Assembly (NCBI RefSeq): GCF_006345805.1
Contig: NC_043011.1
Location: 18,426,464 to 18,490,463, forward strand
Direction: 5' to 3'
Length of the DNA stretch: 64,000 nucleotides
DNA from: Octopus sinensis
Lineage: Eukaryota
Of this stretch, positions 27,999-41,062 are shown one piece after another (position 1 is the stretch's first letter; every line of letters starts with the position of its first letter). The position numbers were made by a program, and so were the translations under genes. Under the pieces are notes generated by a model. That model was given only the letters and a program-made list of their open reading frames with translations, did not search any database and was not told the origin of the DNA.

Positions 27999-28699
27999 TT
28001 GCGAATACTATTCGTATTATATTTTTTCCGATGTGTCAAATATGTTTTAAGAATGAATCACACACCATTCCTAAGACTTTTCCACAAACCTATATAAATA
28101 TATTTCACTAAAACATGTGAGTTACCAGAGTAAAAATTTCAAAACGTTGGTGTCGCAGCGAAAGATGAGAACACGTGTGTTGTCCAATGATGAAATTATG
28201 TCGCTAAATTAAATTGGCATGTCAGGTAACACAGCAAGAAAATAACAATCGAAATTATAATTGTAGCTAATAGACATTAAGGTATTTAAATGTGAAAATA
28301 AGTGAAAATAAGTGAGAAAACGAAATATGCAACAAGCAAATATAGTTATTAAATATGCTGCAAAAATATATTAAAGCAATCAAAGTGCTAAAAACGTCAT
28401 CGCAGAATAAAGAATTGCGCATAAGTATAAGTCGGAAGAAAAGTATGCTGAAAAGAGAGGCACAGAAACAGGCAATCAGTTACTTGGCTTCACTACAATG
28501 ACCACTTACATAATATCTGCATATGTACATGCATACACGAACAGATAAATGTAGGCATGAGAATCTATGTGTATGTGTGTATATATATATACCCATACAT
28601 TTATATATATATATCATATATATATATAAATATATATATATACATACATACATACATATATACATTCATAATATATATATATATATGTGTGTGTATATG

Positions 28700-28730
<31 letters not shown>

Positions 28731-28735
28731 GTATG

Positions 28736-28786
<51 letters not shown>

Positions 28787-28794
28787 GTATATGT

Positions 28795-29045
28795 ATAATA
28801 TTAATTTGAAACTGACTCGTAAATTGGAAATCCACCTGAAGATTGTCGATCAGGACAAGAAACAATTGTAGTGGCGTTTTTTTTACTTTTTATTAAAATT
28901 TTATGTATTGATTAAGTCTTTCCTTGTTTGTTTTGCAAAATAGTGGTTTTGTCTCTAATTAATATTATATAATATTTTACTATAAAATTGGATTTAATCC
29001 TAAATCTGATTTTTTCCCTGTAAATTTGGATTTATTCCCTAATAT
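28795..29045 (+). mobile_element. AT-rich repeat element hosting the hammerhead (Penelope pLTR-like, inferred)
   Basis: Bounded by (TA)n on both sides; segment 28903-28965 recurs inverted at 29159-29223 and direct at 32881-32945. Confidence 0.6.
28832..28874 (+). ncRNA. Minimal type I hammerhead ribozyme (predicted, catalytic core intact)
   Basis: Stem I CCAC/GTGG; core CTGAAGA; stem II TTGTC-gatcag-GACAA; GAAA; stem III AC-aatt-GT, self-complementary ACAATTGT; cleavage triplet GUA (cut after 28870). Confidence 0.85.
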
Positions 29046-29056
29046 TTATTATTATG

Positions 29057-29142
<86 letters not shown>

Positions 29143-29285
29143 AATATATATATATATTATATTAAATTAGAGATAAAACCACTATTAGGCAAATCATACA
29201 ATGAAAAACTTAAGCCAATACATGAGATTATTTAATTTATATTATTTAAATATATAACAAAATATAATATGATAAATATATATAT

Positions 29286-29365
<80 letters not shown>

Positions 29366-29799
29366 ATTTGATGGTGCGGCGTTTGTTATGTTTTTAATCA
29401 AAACTTCACCGAGGAATATAGCCCACGGCAATTGCAAAGAAACAAGTTACCATGACATTGTTATAAATGTTCCTACTCATGCTTTACCTTCTCTTCCTTG
29501 GCTGCCTGTCATTTCAACAAAAAAATAATAAGCGTTTCTACTTCATGACAATTACAATCCTAATCTCAAAGGAGTTACTGTATTTTATTAGGACGCGTAA
29601 CATGGCTTTGCAAATGAAATTATCAGTTGATTTGCTGCTGCACTGGAGATCCGGAGATATAGAAGAAGAGTGACTATATATTGCACGAGATTTAAGTACA
29701 CGATATACTGGTACTGCGTTCTTCGTGAGGGCCTATTTCCTCATCTATATTAGGATTGCTTATTCGATATTGATCACCTAACAAGAGAGTATTTTCTAT

Positions 29800-30037
29800 A
29801 GGCGGCAAGCTGGCAGAAACGTTAGCACGCCGGGCGAAGTGCTTAGCAGGATTTCGTCTCCCGCTACGTCGTGAGTTCAAATTCCGCCGAGATCGACTTC
29901 GCCTTTTATCATTTCGGGGTCGATCAAATAAGTACCATTTACGCACTGAGGTCAATATAATCGACTTAATCCGTTTGTCTTTCCTGTTTTGTCCCCTCTA
30001 TGTTTAGCTCCCTGTGGGCAATAAAGAAATACGAAAA
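29800..30037 (+). mobile_element. Full-length tRNA-derived SINE with 10-bp TSD
   Basis: ggcggcaagctggcagaaacgttagcacgccgggcg...gagttcaaattcc...cggggtcgat...tgtgggcaataaagaaat; TATTTTCTAT at 29790-29799 and 30038-30047. Confidence 0.93.
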
Positions 30038-31309
30038 TATTTTCTATTGGACGGTGATGGAATTTGTGAGTCGTAATATTTCCTGCCAAAGGACATAACT
30101 TTTCACTTAGACGTTGCTCGGTTCGCTTCGCCAACTTTTTCTAGCAACATCAGACTGGATGTGTCTATTCTCCTCCAAAAAATACAAGCAGCTGCCATAT
30201 TGCAGAACTACAATCCCTGAAGACCTTGGATTTACGTAATCGAACTGTGATGTATTACCCCTTTGAAACCCTAGTGCTAACCGACTGGTAAGAAACATAT
30301 ATATATATTTCTTCATGATTTAGGATTCTAAAACCAATCAGTGAAATTGCTGTGTAATATTCGATTTAATACCCTTTAGTTCTAGCACATTCAGCAGCGT
30401 CAATATTGCCAAAATCACATCTTCGTAATTAATATCTTCAGCATTATATTTGTCATCGTGTTCCACTTTCTTTTTTCCCTTCCGGTTTATCGTCGTCAAC
30501 GTCTCCATCACCATCATCTACACGACTTGTTATTCTTAACATTCTCCACTACCTCTCAATATTTCTTCTCCTCTTAATTGCTTTCATCACAATCGGCATC
30601 ACAGGCGCGGCGTTTCCAACGCTGTCGTCATCGCTAATATATTTCATCGCCGTCAATATCTTTAACACCATACGCAGCAGACTCCGCAGCAGCAAGCATC
30701 CAAAGAACCAGCTCTATGAATATTAGAACCATCACGTCTATTTCTTGGAATTCTCTGTTTTCAACATATAACTAAACGGCATTTTATGAAATATGTTGTA
30801 AAATATACAGTTTTGAAAGACATGTATTCGCCTCACGGATTGTAATGTGTTATATTTTTCTCTTTTTGTTTCATAAATTTGTTTCATATTTCATTATTTT
30901 TTTTATTTTTCATTTACTTATAATTTAAAAATAATTATTCGAAGTTAATTTATTTTTTTCTTTTCGGTTTCTATTTTTGTTTTTGCTATATATTACAATG
31001 CTGACACCTTTAGATAGATCATTGAGTGGGAGGCAGGAGCTCGTTCGAGAGATCGAGAGAAAGTGAGAATAGCAAAATTTACTTTCTCGTCTGAGAGCGC
31101 TTTCTACTCGAGACGAAAGCAAATGGCTTTAATAATGATTTATTACCTCAATATAGCAATCTAATAAACTATAAATCTCAATTAATCAATCTATGTTTTG
31201 AATGTGGAAATTACTATGCATCTTCTCCTCTTCCTTCATCTTACTCTCCTTCTTCGTATTATTGTTAGCGAACATTTCCATTAGTATTATTAATGATCTT
31301 GTTGCTGCT

Positions 31310-31311
31310 GC

Positions 31312-31374
<63 letters not shown>

Positions 31375-31414
31375 TATTATTATTATTGTTGTTGTTGTTG
31401 TTATTTTTTTATTA

Positions 31415-31455
<41 letters not shown>

Positions 31456-31595
31456 ATTATCATCATCATCATCATCCTCTTCATCATCATCGTCATCATC
31501 ATCGTCATCGTCATCATCATCATCCTCCTCCTCCTCCTCATCATCATTATTATTATTATTACTATTATTATCATTATTATTATTATTATTATTGC
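31310..31595. repeat. Compound (ATT)n/(GTT)n/(ATC)n/(CTC)n
   Basis: Read directly; source of the poly-I/S/D/N ORFs. Confidence 0.97.
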
Positions 31596-32289
31596 TGTTC
31601 TTATTTGTAACATGCGCCATTTACGTTATTATCCATTCTCTTCATTGCTAATGTTATTTATCATTTTTCTATGTTACAATTGCTTTTAAAATTATGAATT
31701 TGTTAATTAAAAAAAATCTCTCCAAAACTGATATTTTTATAATAAATTGCTAAGTATCTACAGAAAGTTTTATAAACTAACATTGTTCTTAATCTATTTA
31801 AATAGGAATGTTATACCGCTAATCTTCTCCGTATCTTTTGATAAATATATACGACTTAGTTGCGATATTTTCAGCTACTAATTATATCGATTGAACAAAA
31901 GTGGATTTTTATTGATTTATAAGTAATATCTGCTAAAAAATTACTAATTTTAACATTCATTTTACGAAAAGTAGAAGTCGAAATATTTCAGACGTATATT
32001 ATTACAATCGTTGTTACCCCAATCATGCATTACGTGATTAACGCGACGCGTTTCTCCCTTTTAAAAATATAAACACCAACACACAGAAATAGTTAGCGTT
32101 ACACAGTTTCAATTCGTCTACATGGTTTTATAAATCTACACTTTATTTCAGACATATCACTCTCATTGGCCCGATATGTATTGACAGCCAACGATTCCCT
32201 GATTTATGCAGGAATGAAAAACACGCATTATTGCATACGTGATGCAATATAATTCGTGCGCGTAGATGTTTATAACACATTCTGCATAT

Positions 32290-32620
32290 TAACTCGTGTG
32301 GAACTGGAGGAAGATTTCTTCAGTGCGTGTGCCCAAAGGTGCCAAGGACTTTTGTGAATCGCTTCATCCACTCCATGTACCGACGATGTATGGCCGCTTT
32401 GAACAACCAAGTAGAGCATACACGGTATTGAACATGTTACGCCCTACATTCGCGATGCTCAGGATATGCCCACAACTAGAACACATGACAACGACCCATA
32501 GACTGTGGTGAAAATGTATCCATGACATTGTCTTTATCACATTCATCAAAATTTATCACTCACATAATTCAATTAAAGCATATTTTACAGTCACACAGGT
32601 CTCGCACTTCTTTTGTGGTT
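32290..32620 (+). mobile_element. Tc1-like transposase C-terminal remnant
   Basis: VPRTFVNRFIHSMYRRCMAALNNQVEHTRY* resembles the Tc1 terminus (I..LI.SM.RRC.A.I...G.HT.Y*). Confidence 0.6.
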
Positions 32621-32731
32621 CATTGGATATGTTTGTGTGTATTTGTGTGTGCATATGTGCACGTGTGTCTATATATATATACACATACAAACACACTTGT
32701 ATATATTTATCTACATATATATATATATATG

Positions 32732-32816
<85 letters not shown>

Positions 32817-32880
32817 CTATTTATCTTTTATTAAACTTTTAATACTTTTGATATATTTAAAATAATATAAATTAAATTAA

Positions 32881-32945
32881 TTTTATGTATTGGCTTATGT
32901 TTTTCATTGTTTGATTTGCCTAATAGTGGTTTTATCTCTAATTTA
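32881..32945 (+). repeat. Further copy of the (TA)n-adjacent repeat seen at 28903-28965
   Basis: ttttatgtattggcttatgtttttcattgtttgatttgcctaatagtggttttatctctaattt; (TA)n on both sides. Confidence 0.8.
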
Positions 32946-32950
32946 TTATA

Positions 32951-32985
<35 letters not shown>

Positions 32986-33224
32986 ATATAATATATATAT
33001 ATATATATAAATATTTATGAACAATAAATATCTATGTATCTTATCTACCTATTGATTTATCTATTATGCACACGTACACGCAATTCTAGCATTTGCAACA
33101 CACCTATTCTCCAAGACGTAAGAACTTGAAGACACATTAGAAGGATCAGAAGACAATTATATGAAAATGACTTAACAGTTCCATAATAATTGTTTCATTT
33201 CTGTTTTAACGCAGGAACAGCTGT

Positions 33225-33390
33225 TATTGAGTGGTTGGTGGGAATATATCGATTACGTCGACCCTGTTACTTCATTTGTAATTATATCAGAAACACTGAA
33301 AAGACAAAAGGCAAATCTACCTCGGAGGAATTTGAACACAAAACGTAAAGATGTACGAAATCTTACTAAGAATTTTCTTTGGCGCAGAGG
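33225..33390 (-). mobile_element. Old SINE copy
   Basis: cgattacgtcgacc...aaaggcaaatctacctcggaggaatttgaac..aaacgtaaagatg.acgaaat. Confidence 0.65.
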
Positions 33391-33770
33391 ATTCACCTTC
33401 CTCACTGATCTTAAAGCGAAAACAAAAAAGTATATTTAACAACCAAGTACATTATTTATTATTAAATACGATTAAAAGGAAATCTGGCAAATCATTTCTC
33501 CTCACTTCAAACATACAGCTCTATTTTAGCACTGTTTGCCCTCTACTTAATCGGGCCAATGAGAAACAGTTTTTATGACCAAGCCTTTGATAGTATACAC
33601 TGCAATAAACTGCAATTAAGTGAAGAAATACACGCTTGAACATTTTCAAAGAGATTTCGATGGGGGGGACTCAAATGTGTCACCTGTATGTTGCTTATGA
33701 TTGATATGTTATTCAGTACTGCCTACCTATAGAAGATGAGATATTCTATCAATAAATACGATTTGAATTA

Positions 33771-35062
33771 TCAGGTCATCCCATAAGTTCTCTTTTCTTC
33801 GAATTTTGAATAAAGAAAACAAGTGATCAAATGTTATATTTAATTGAAAGTTAATCATCAATGTACTTTCCCTGATTATCTATGACTTCTTTCCATCTAT
33901 TTACAAGCTTTTTCATCCCATCAATGTAAAATTCTTTTGGTTTCAAAGCGAAGAACTATGAAATGTCAGTTTCGATATCCTCCTGGTTTGCAAAAGTTAT
34001 GTCCATCAAATGATTCTATAAACTGTGAAACAAATCGTAGTCTGAAGAAGAAAGCTCGGAAGAATAAGGTGGATGAGGAATGTTTTTGCAACCAAGCCCT
34101 TCGATCTTCTGTGATGTGATCCTTGCTGTGTGGGGATGCGCATTGTCCTGATGAAACATCACCCCTTTTCGATTCACTAATGCGGATCTTTTGTTCTTCA
34201 AAGTTTGGTTCAAACGCTCTAATTGCTGACAGTAGACATGAGCATTGATTGTTGCATTAGGTGCTAACAATTCAAAGTGAATTACTCCTTTGTAATCCCA
34301 CCAGATAGAGAGAATAGCCTTTTCCCCATGAAGTTCCCTTCTCAGTTGTAGTTGAGCTTTTTCCCTTTTACCAATCCATTTTTTACGTTTAACATTTCGA
34401 TAGAAGATCCATTTTTCGTCACAAGTCACAAGTCTATCCAACGACGGTGAAATGAGTTAGTGAGTATGGAGAAAATAGCAGATTTCAACTCGGGATTTGC
34501 GGTTGATTTTGGATAATTCATGAGGCACCCATTTTCCGAGTTTAGGAACCTTTCCCAGTTGTTGAAGGTGACGATGAACAGTTGTATGATTTGAACTAAA
34601 CTTTATAGCCATCTGCTCAACTGATAATGCAGGATTTTCTTCAAGTGATGCCTCAGGAAGCTTATCATCAAACTCAACTGGGCCTCCTGTTCGATTTTCA
34701 TCTTCAAGGCTGAAATCTCCACAACTGAATTTTGCAAACCATCTTCTGCAAGTTCTTTCATTCAAGTATTCTTTCCCATAAACTGACTGTACATGTTTCG
34801 AGTTGCTTCGGCTGCAGAGTTTCCTTTTTTGTGCTCATAAATCATTATGTGCCTCAAATACTCTTTGGATTCTTCCATGTTAGAAAGGGATTTTATCAAA
34901 GAAATTTTAATTCTATTATTCTGTAAAATAATATTCAATTAGTTTAAATGTACACAAATGCTTAAATATAATATTTAATTCCATTAGACATTCTAAAATA
35001 CTATCAAATTTCATTCAATTTTAAAAAAATTAAAATCGGACAGAACGTATGGGATGACCTGA
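33771..35062 (-). mobile_element. Full-length mariner transposon (1292 bp), TA TSD, disabled transposase
   Basis: TIRs tcaggtcatcccataagttc / gaacgtatgggatgacctga, each flanked by TA (33769-70, 35063-64). Confidence 0.96.
33850..34878 (-). pseudogene. Mariner DD34D transposase pseudogene
   Basis: ATG at 34878 (MEESKEYLRHIMIYEHKKG), RTCRRWF, WVPHEL, TCDEKW, FHQDNAHPH, PPYSSELSSSDY; broken by frameshifts and stops. Confidence 0.92.
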
Positions 35063-35879
35063 TACATGTCATTACGTAACAAATTTAGGACTTTCTTTTA
35101 CATTACTGTTTACCTTTTATAACAAATGCGGTAATTGTTACCAGTTGCTGTTTCAGTTTATTTGTACATTTGGTTATTTGAACGTTTCAATATAGGTTTA
35201 ATTGATAATATCCTCAACTACTGTGTAAGTTGATTAATGACGATTCATGCAATACATGTTTATTTTATGATATTTTAATATTTTTAATGTATATCAACTT
35301 TGAAGCGGCTGTTGTATTTATGCCACATTAAACGCCATTCTGCGTTATTTCATCATATTTAAGTCGAAGATATTTTATAATTGCACCGTTGCACCTTCAA
35401 AATTCTTTCTATGACCGAATAGCTGACAGTAGAACAATTTGCAGGTCTTAATAAATTCTTGGAAGGCATTTATAATGGCAGTATCTGTAAATGGAATAGC
35501 TTTCACAGAATTAAGTATACTGTAATTATTCATGAAGCTCAGTGAGTTTTTCTACAGGTACCAACACAGAGGTTACTAGTACAATATCTATTTTATCGTA
35601 CATATATCCTTTCGTCACGTAAATAGCATTACAATTGTTAGATATTTTGGGCAGTGATTCTGCAAATTTTGACTTTATGGGGAATTGATTCCGAGACTCA
35701 ATCAAGATCAATATTCGATTGTTGACGTATCCTGCGTATTTAGTGAGAGAAGCCTTAGCCGTGACGAGGAAGTATTGACCAACGATAATCAAATAACTTT
35801 AGCGTCCAATTGCTTGAAATAAAGGGATGGAATTTGTAGGGTATCCGTAAGTATTTGCAACAGTCATCCCAATCATTGC

Positions 35880-36700
35880 AGAGAGTCACGGTTCCATGGA
35901 ATACAGGAATCATATGTATGCCAGAATGATTCAGTAAAGTAATCTATATAAAACTAGCAAATTTAATGCAGATATCGCAGACAAGCAGACATAGAATTTT
36001 GAGAATCTGTTTTCAGTTACGCTGTATTCTGAAAAATCAAATCTCTAGACGAATAGAATTTTTATACGATGGATTTGCATTAAAATCGAAGCTATTAAGA
36101 GATCTGTACAATGGGCCCACACATATAATCAACAACAAAAAATCCTATCAGTTCATAATATGCTTCTATAAGAATAATCCCTGTATACTGCATGTTAATG
36201 CACCAACATCCGATGTAAGTGTTGATGATAAATAACGATTATAACAAGCTTTTATGTATATTTTTATGGTAGTGCCATTTACTGACAAAGTCTACATAAA
36301 GAGGAAGTGCAATTTTCGACAGGTCATTGACCCCATTATATAGAATACCAGCGGCAGAAGCGGTTCCAATGGAAATTGTATTCCCTACAGCAAAGCTGTC
36401 CATAGATTACTCACAGAATGTAATTTAACATTCACTAAATTCTTCTAAGCTCAAGACAAATATGATATATTCACTGTCACTTCACTTGCTTCTAACTTAC
36501 TACAGGTTTCTGCAAAGATACATAAACAAAATTAATATCACGAAAGGAACAACATCGATGTTTACTAGGCAAATCATCAAAATTATATATGGAGGACATA
36601 TCTATGAGAACAAAGTATCGTGGGTGATCAGCACACAATAACAGAAAACATTCACATGTAAGAAGACTACGTATTTCCCTTGTATCTACGATCAACATAT
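35880..36700 (+). mobile_element. Highly decayed RTE-like LINE, APE endonuclease region
   Basis: In order: VTVPWNTG (TWNVRT-like), FNADIAD, DGFALKSKLL (GVGFAIKSKL-like), VNAPTSD (YAPT), VPFTDKVYI (VP.TDKLII-like); family call inferred from motif order. Confidence 0.6.
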
Positions 36701-39687
36701 GCTAACAGAAACGTTGACAGAAGCTAAGAGAAATACTAAGAAGGGATATCAAACGAAAGGTTTCTGATACGGTGTTAGTTGATTTACAGCAACTAAGTTT
36801 CAAGGGCACATTTGAACAGATCTGGGATGCAACATTCATATAATAAGTGGTATAATAACTGGTGTCATAATCATATCCTTCGCTAATTTCTTTCCAACTC
36901 TTGAATCCATTTAAAATTGGCAGAACTGAAAGAGACTCGTATTAGAGATGAAGGGATAAAATGCATATTCCTTTCGACATGAATATTCCACTTAGAGATA
37001 GAGACGTCTCTGTAGCCCAGTCTGCAGAGATTTAGTCTAATGTGATCACTCAAATCTACTCGACGTTCTGGCTGCATATTATAAAATAGCAGGAGAAATA
37101 TTAATATGATATTAATGACAATATCTAGTATTTATATCATATTAATGAACAGCATGTGGCATTAATATCATATTAATGACTCCATCGTTGAAAAGGTAGA
37201 GGAACGGTCTGGATATCATTCCAAATCCAGTCGGGAATGTTGAGAAGTTATAGAAAGCGAAAAGATTGAATATTCCGACGTGGTTTGCATTTCAATAAAA
37301 AAACGCAGGCAACTATATATTTATGGGAAGCAACATGAACACCTGCACAAATTTCACTCATTTCACTATATAAAAAACGAATGTCTGCGGTCGCGGCTCG
37401 AATATATTCAGTGAGAGAAAATAAGAGACAACACTTCATATGGTCACACATACAAGCACACACCCATACATACATACACATCTGCACTTACGTGGATATA
37501 CATAAAGATAGTTTTACTTTGTAATTTGTGAAGAGACAACCATCTCCAAGTGATTTCTGGAAGATAGGGGAAGAGTATCACCGAGTGCTGCTTATTATTT
37601 GAGTTTATTAACAAAAGTATAATTTTATTTAAGTTTTTTTAAATCAACCGAAAAGGATATTTTTTTTTACTTCAGGTATGAAAGTAATTAAACAGTTCGT
37701 AATCAAACAGAGATAAATTAAATCTAATGTTATTGAATTTATTCACGATGAATATAATAAATGTGCATTATATAATCTAAGCATCTTATCCAGCTCTGTG
37801 TATATTCATTTGCCATTTTGTCATTTATATTTATATAATTGTGTAAGAGCTACATGCAATTATTCTTGAATTGTTGAAACTAACAACTAATGTGACCTAG
37901 CATCATTTAGATACATTTTTCTTTCATTTCACTTAACTTACTAAAAATATGAAATTGCATTAGTATTTATATTCGTATATTAATTTCGAGCCTTATGAAC
38001 TTTATTTTTGAATTATATCATTTTGCATAGATATCCGTGCAAACGTGTTATAATATAGTTTTAACGCCTTCACAGAATATAAAAGGCTCTTTTGCCTTGG
38101 TAATTTATATGTGAAAACGAGTGTATCGTTCTCTATTTAGGACGAACAAGTACACAGTTGATATAAAACAGTGATGTCTATAATTACTTTCAAAGGCAAT
38201 TAAACGCCAGAGGTTTATTGTTAAATAGCAATGCCTGTGGTAACATAATAACGCATAATCACTTAGAAATGGTAATTGTTACAATATCAGTAATACTACC
38301 TATTTTACAATTATTCAGTCGTTTTATTATCCATACTTTGCTCAATGTTTTTTCAAAAATATAAGCCATGGTTTTGGTTATTGAAATGAAGGAAGAAAGC
38401 ATTCATTAAAATTATTCCCTATGTTCAATCACTCCGACACATTCACAAGAAATATCAAAGAGTCCGCTAAAAAGTATTACTTTAAAATACAGAAAATCGG
38501 GTTGCAAATCAGTATATAAAGAAGCATATAGTGGTATACTGTTGTCATTAAACGATTTTTAATATCAGAATCAATATCAGTATAATTGAAAGGCATGAAA
38601 ATGCAGGATCTAGAACTTATGTAAGGACAAGTTTTCATGTTAGACATATTCTAAAATGTTAGAATTTATTGTTGTAGATAAAACGAAATACATAAAAATC
38701 AATATATATACACGGTACAGAATTTTATTTCATATAAACTTAGTAAATATGTCGGAGGTGGTGTTAAATCAGTCTAAGAAGAGAAATAGTTGTGAAATAA
38801 TATGAGATAATGTTAGAGATTTCGTTCCCAAAATGTAGAAAAAGAAAATGCGTTTATTGTGAGAAGAGAAATAACTTCAAATGAAACACGTTTAAGTCGC
38901 TTTTGAAGTTGCAACAGAAAAAAAAAGTAAAAATCATTTAAACGAATTCAGGTACCGATAGTAGCTACAAACAATACTGCGTAGACATTTATTCAACACA
39001 ATTTATTTACCAACAATAGTCCGAATCAATACGGCAAGGGATGAAAAATGAACGCAATTTTGCATTAAATCTCAATGACATTGAACAGTTCTTAGTTATT
39101 TGGTGAATTTCTACTTACAGTGCTGCTGATTCTTAGGTATAGCTTGGGAAAGAGATTAACTGAAAGTGCTGTTAATCATGATGGAAGCTCTCCAACCTAA
39201 TCAGATAGATATCAGTTAACTGAAGCAAAACAAAACTTTGGAATCTTGCTTTGAATTCTAATGTAAAGATAAGTATTTATTTTGGCCTATGGCAATAAAT
39301 AGATGAAGGAGGAAAAGCTTTATGATGGCAGCTTTGTTATTCCTGAAAATGCCAGTTTTCAAACGATCTTTGTTCTTTTATTGATATACTACAGCAGGTT
39401 TCCTGAATTGAATATTGTATATTGTTAAGTGTAGTTCTCTCTATTTAACATTCGCGGTACTTTTAAACATTCGATTTCAGTCTGAACGTTCTTAGAAAAG
39501 AAAATAAGTGGCTTAATGGATGTTTCATCAATTTAATGAAACAATCAGTTTCAAAGAATGATAAAAGCAACATTCTAAAATGAATGAAGAACTGTTCGAG
39601 AGAGTAGAGTGATGTTATAAGAAATGGGTTTAGAAAGGAAATCTTTAGCCTAATACATTGCGGTAGAGGGGAAAGAAATACATTCTG

Positions 39688-39735
39688 TGTATATATATAT
39701 ATATTATATATATATATATATATATAATATATATA

Positions 39736-39834
<99 letters not shown>

Positions 39835-39872
39835 CTATATATATATATATGTATATATATATACATATATAT
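39688..39872. repeat. (TA)n microsatellite
   Basis: Read directly. Confidence 0.97.
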
Positions 39873-40698
39873 AAAGAGCGGCATAGATGATAAGACATAA
39901 GCGGCTTGATGGGATCTGATTTTGGTTGCTAATTAAAGGCATTGTAATTCGTTTCTGTGTTGCTGCAAAAACCCTTTATATTTCACAAGAGAAATTGCTG
40001 CACTTGAATTATTCGTAGTGTCAATTTTCGAAGTCGAAAATGTTCTGTTGCAGACGGGTCGATTTTTCTGTCTTAATGTTACTGTGACCAATAGTTTCGG
40101 AATAACATTTTGGAGTAAATACGAATTTCTGCAGCATTCTCAAGGCTACAGATTCACTCGAGGAAAGATTACTCATGTAGAAGTATGAAACCAGCGACGT
40201 ATCGTCATTCCTTGTAAGAAAACATGAATACATGTTAACATAAGGTTACAAAACGAATAACTAACACTTGAATCTGATTCCATTGTGTCATTTGTTTATC
40301 TATACTCTACAGTTATAATTTATTTTGAGCTTCCATATGTTATAATTACTCGATCGTCTATTGGTTTGATTCTGTAGTATTATTAGAGCATTATCGACTA
40401 CTTTGTATTCATTTCTTAATTGACCACAGTTATGTACATATTTTTGAAAAATCACTGCGATAACTGCAATTAATGTTTATTCAGGCATAAATATCACTGA
40501 ATAATTTCTTAGCTTGCTTTTCCTCCGAATTCATTCGGAGACGTACGTTCGAATAATAATCCAGTTATCAAAGCCATATGACCACATTTTCTTAAATTAT
40601 TCGGGCTGTAATATTTATAAAGTTATAAATTTCATATATACACAGCTAGTTCCTAAGCAAATACTCTATGCTCTTAAATGTTGCTATATATTGATTTA

Positions 40699-41062
40699 TC
40701 TCTCTATATATAAACAGCAAAATGTATGTGTGTGTGTCCTTTATACAAATCCACAATGTTTCAGTTAGAGGGTTCGCACTATCTATGGTCATTTAAAATT
40801 GTTTAAGGGTGGTCGTGCATATCTTTATATTTCCCCAGTCACTCCGCAAAGCCATTAAAAAATCAACAGAAGTGACTTTTTTGTGAATTTTCTATCCAAA
40901 ACCAAATCAAAATGCCCGAAACTTGATACGCCAATTGAATGCCAGCTAGCTGTATGTGATTGGTCTGAGAATTGGACAGTACTCGCGTGTATGTGCGCAC
41001 GCACACAGCTGTATATACATGCACTAGCACTATGACCCAGCGTTGCCGGGTCATAGTGCTAG
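40699..41062 (+). mobile_element. Non-autonomous Helitron-like element
   Basis: A|TCTCTCTATATATAAAC start, terminal hairpin, CTAG|T end; no TSD; A-T target. Confidence 0.82.

Noticed and set aside
36017-36214. Apparent in-frame 198-nt exon (ttttcag ... gtaagt)
   Set aside because: The peptide contains GFALKSKL and NAPTSD in the order of an RTE-type APE endonuclease, with matching relics on both sides; better explained as LINE debris.
36415-36509. Minus-strand microexon candidates (9 nt at 36501-36509, 30 nt at 36415-36444)
   Set aside because: The splice motifs look good, but they sit in LINE debris, are separated by only 56 nt and have no supporting partner exons.
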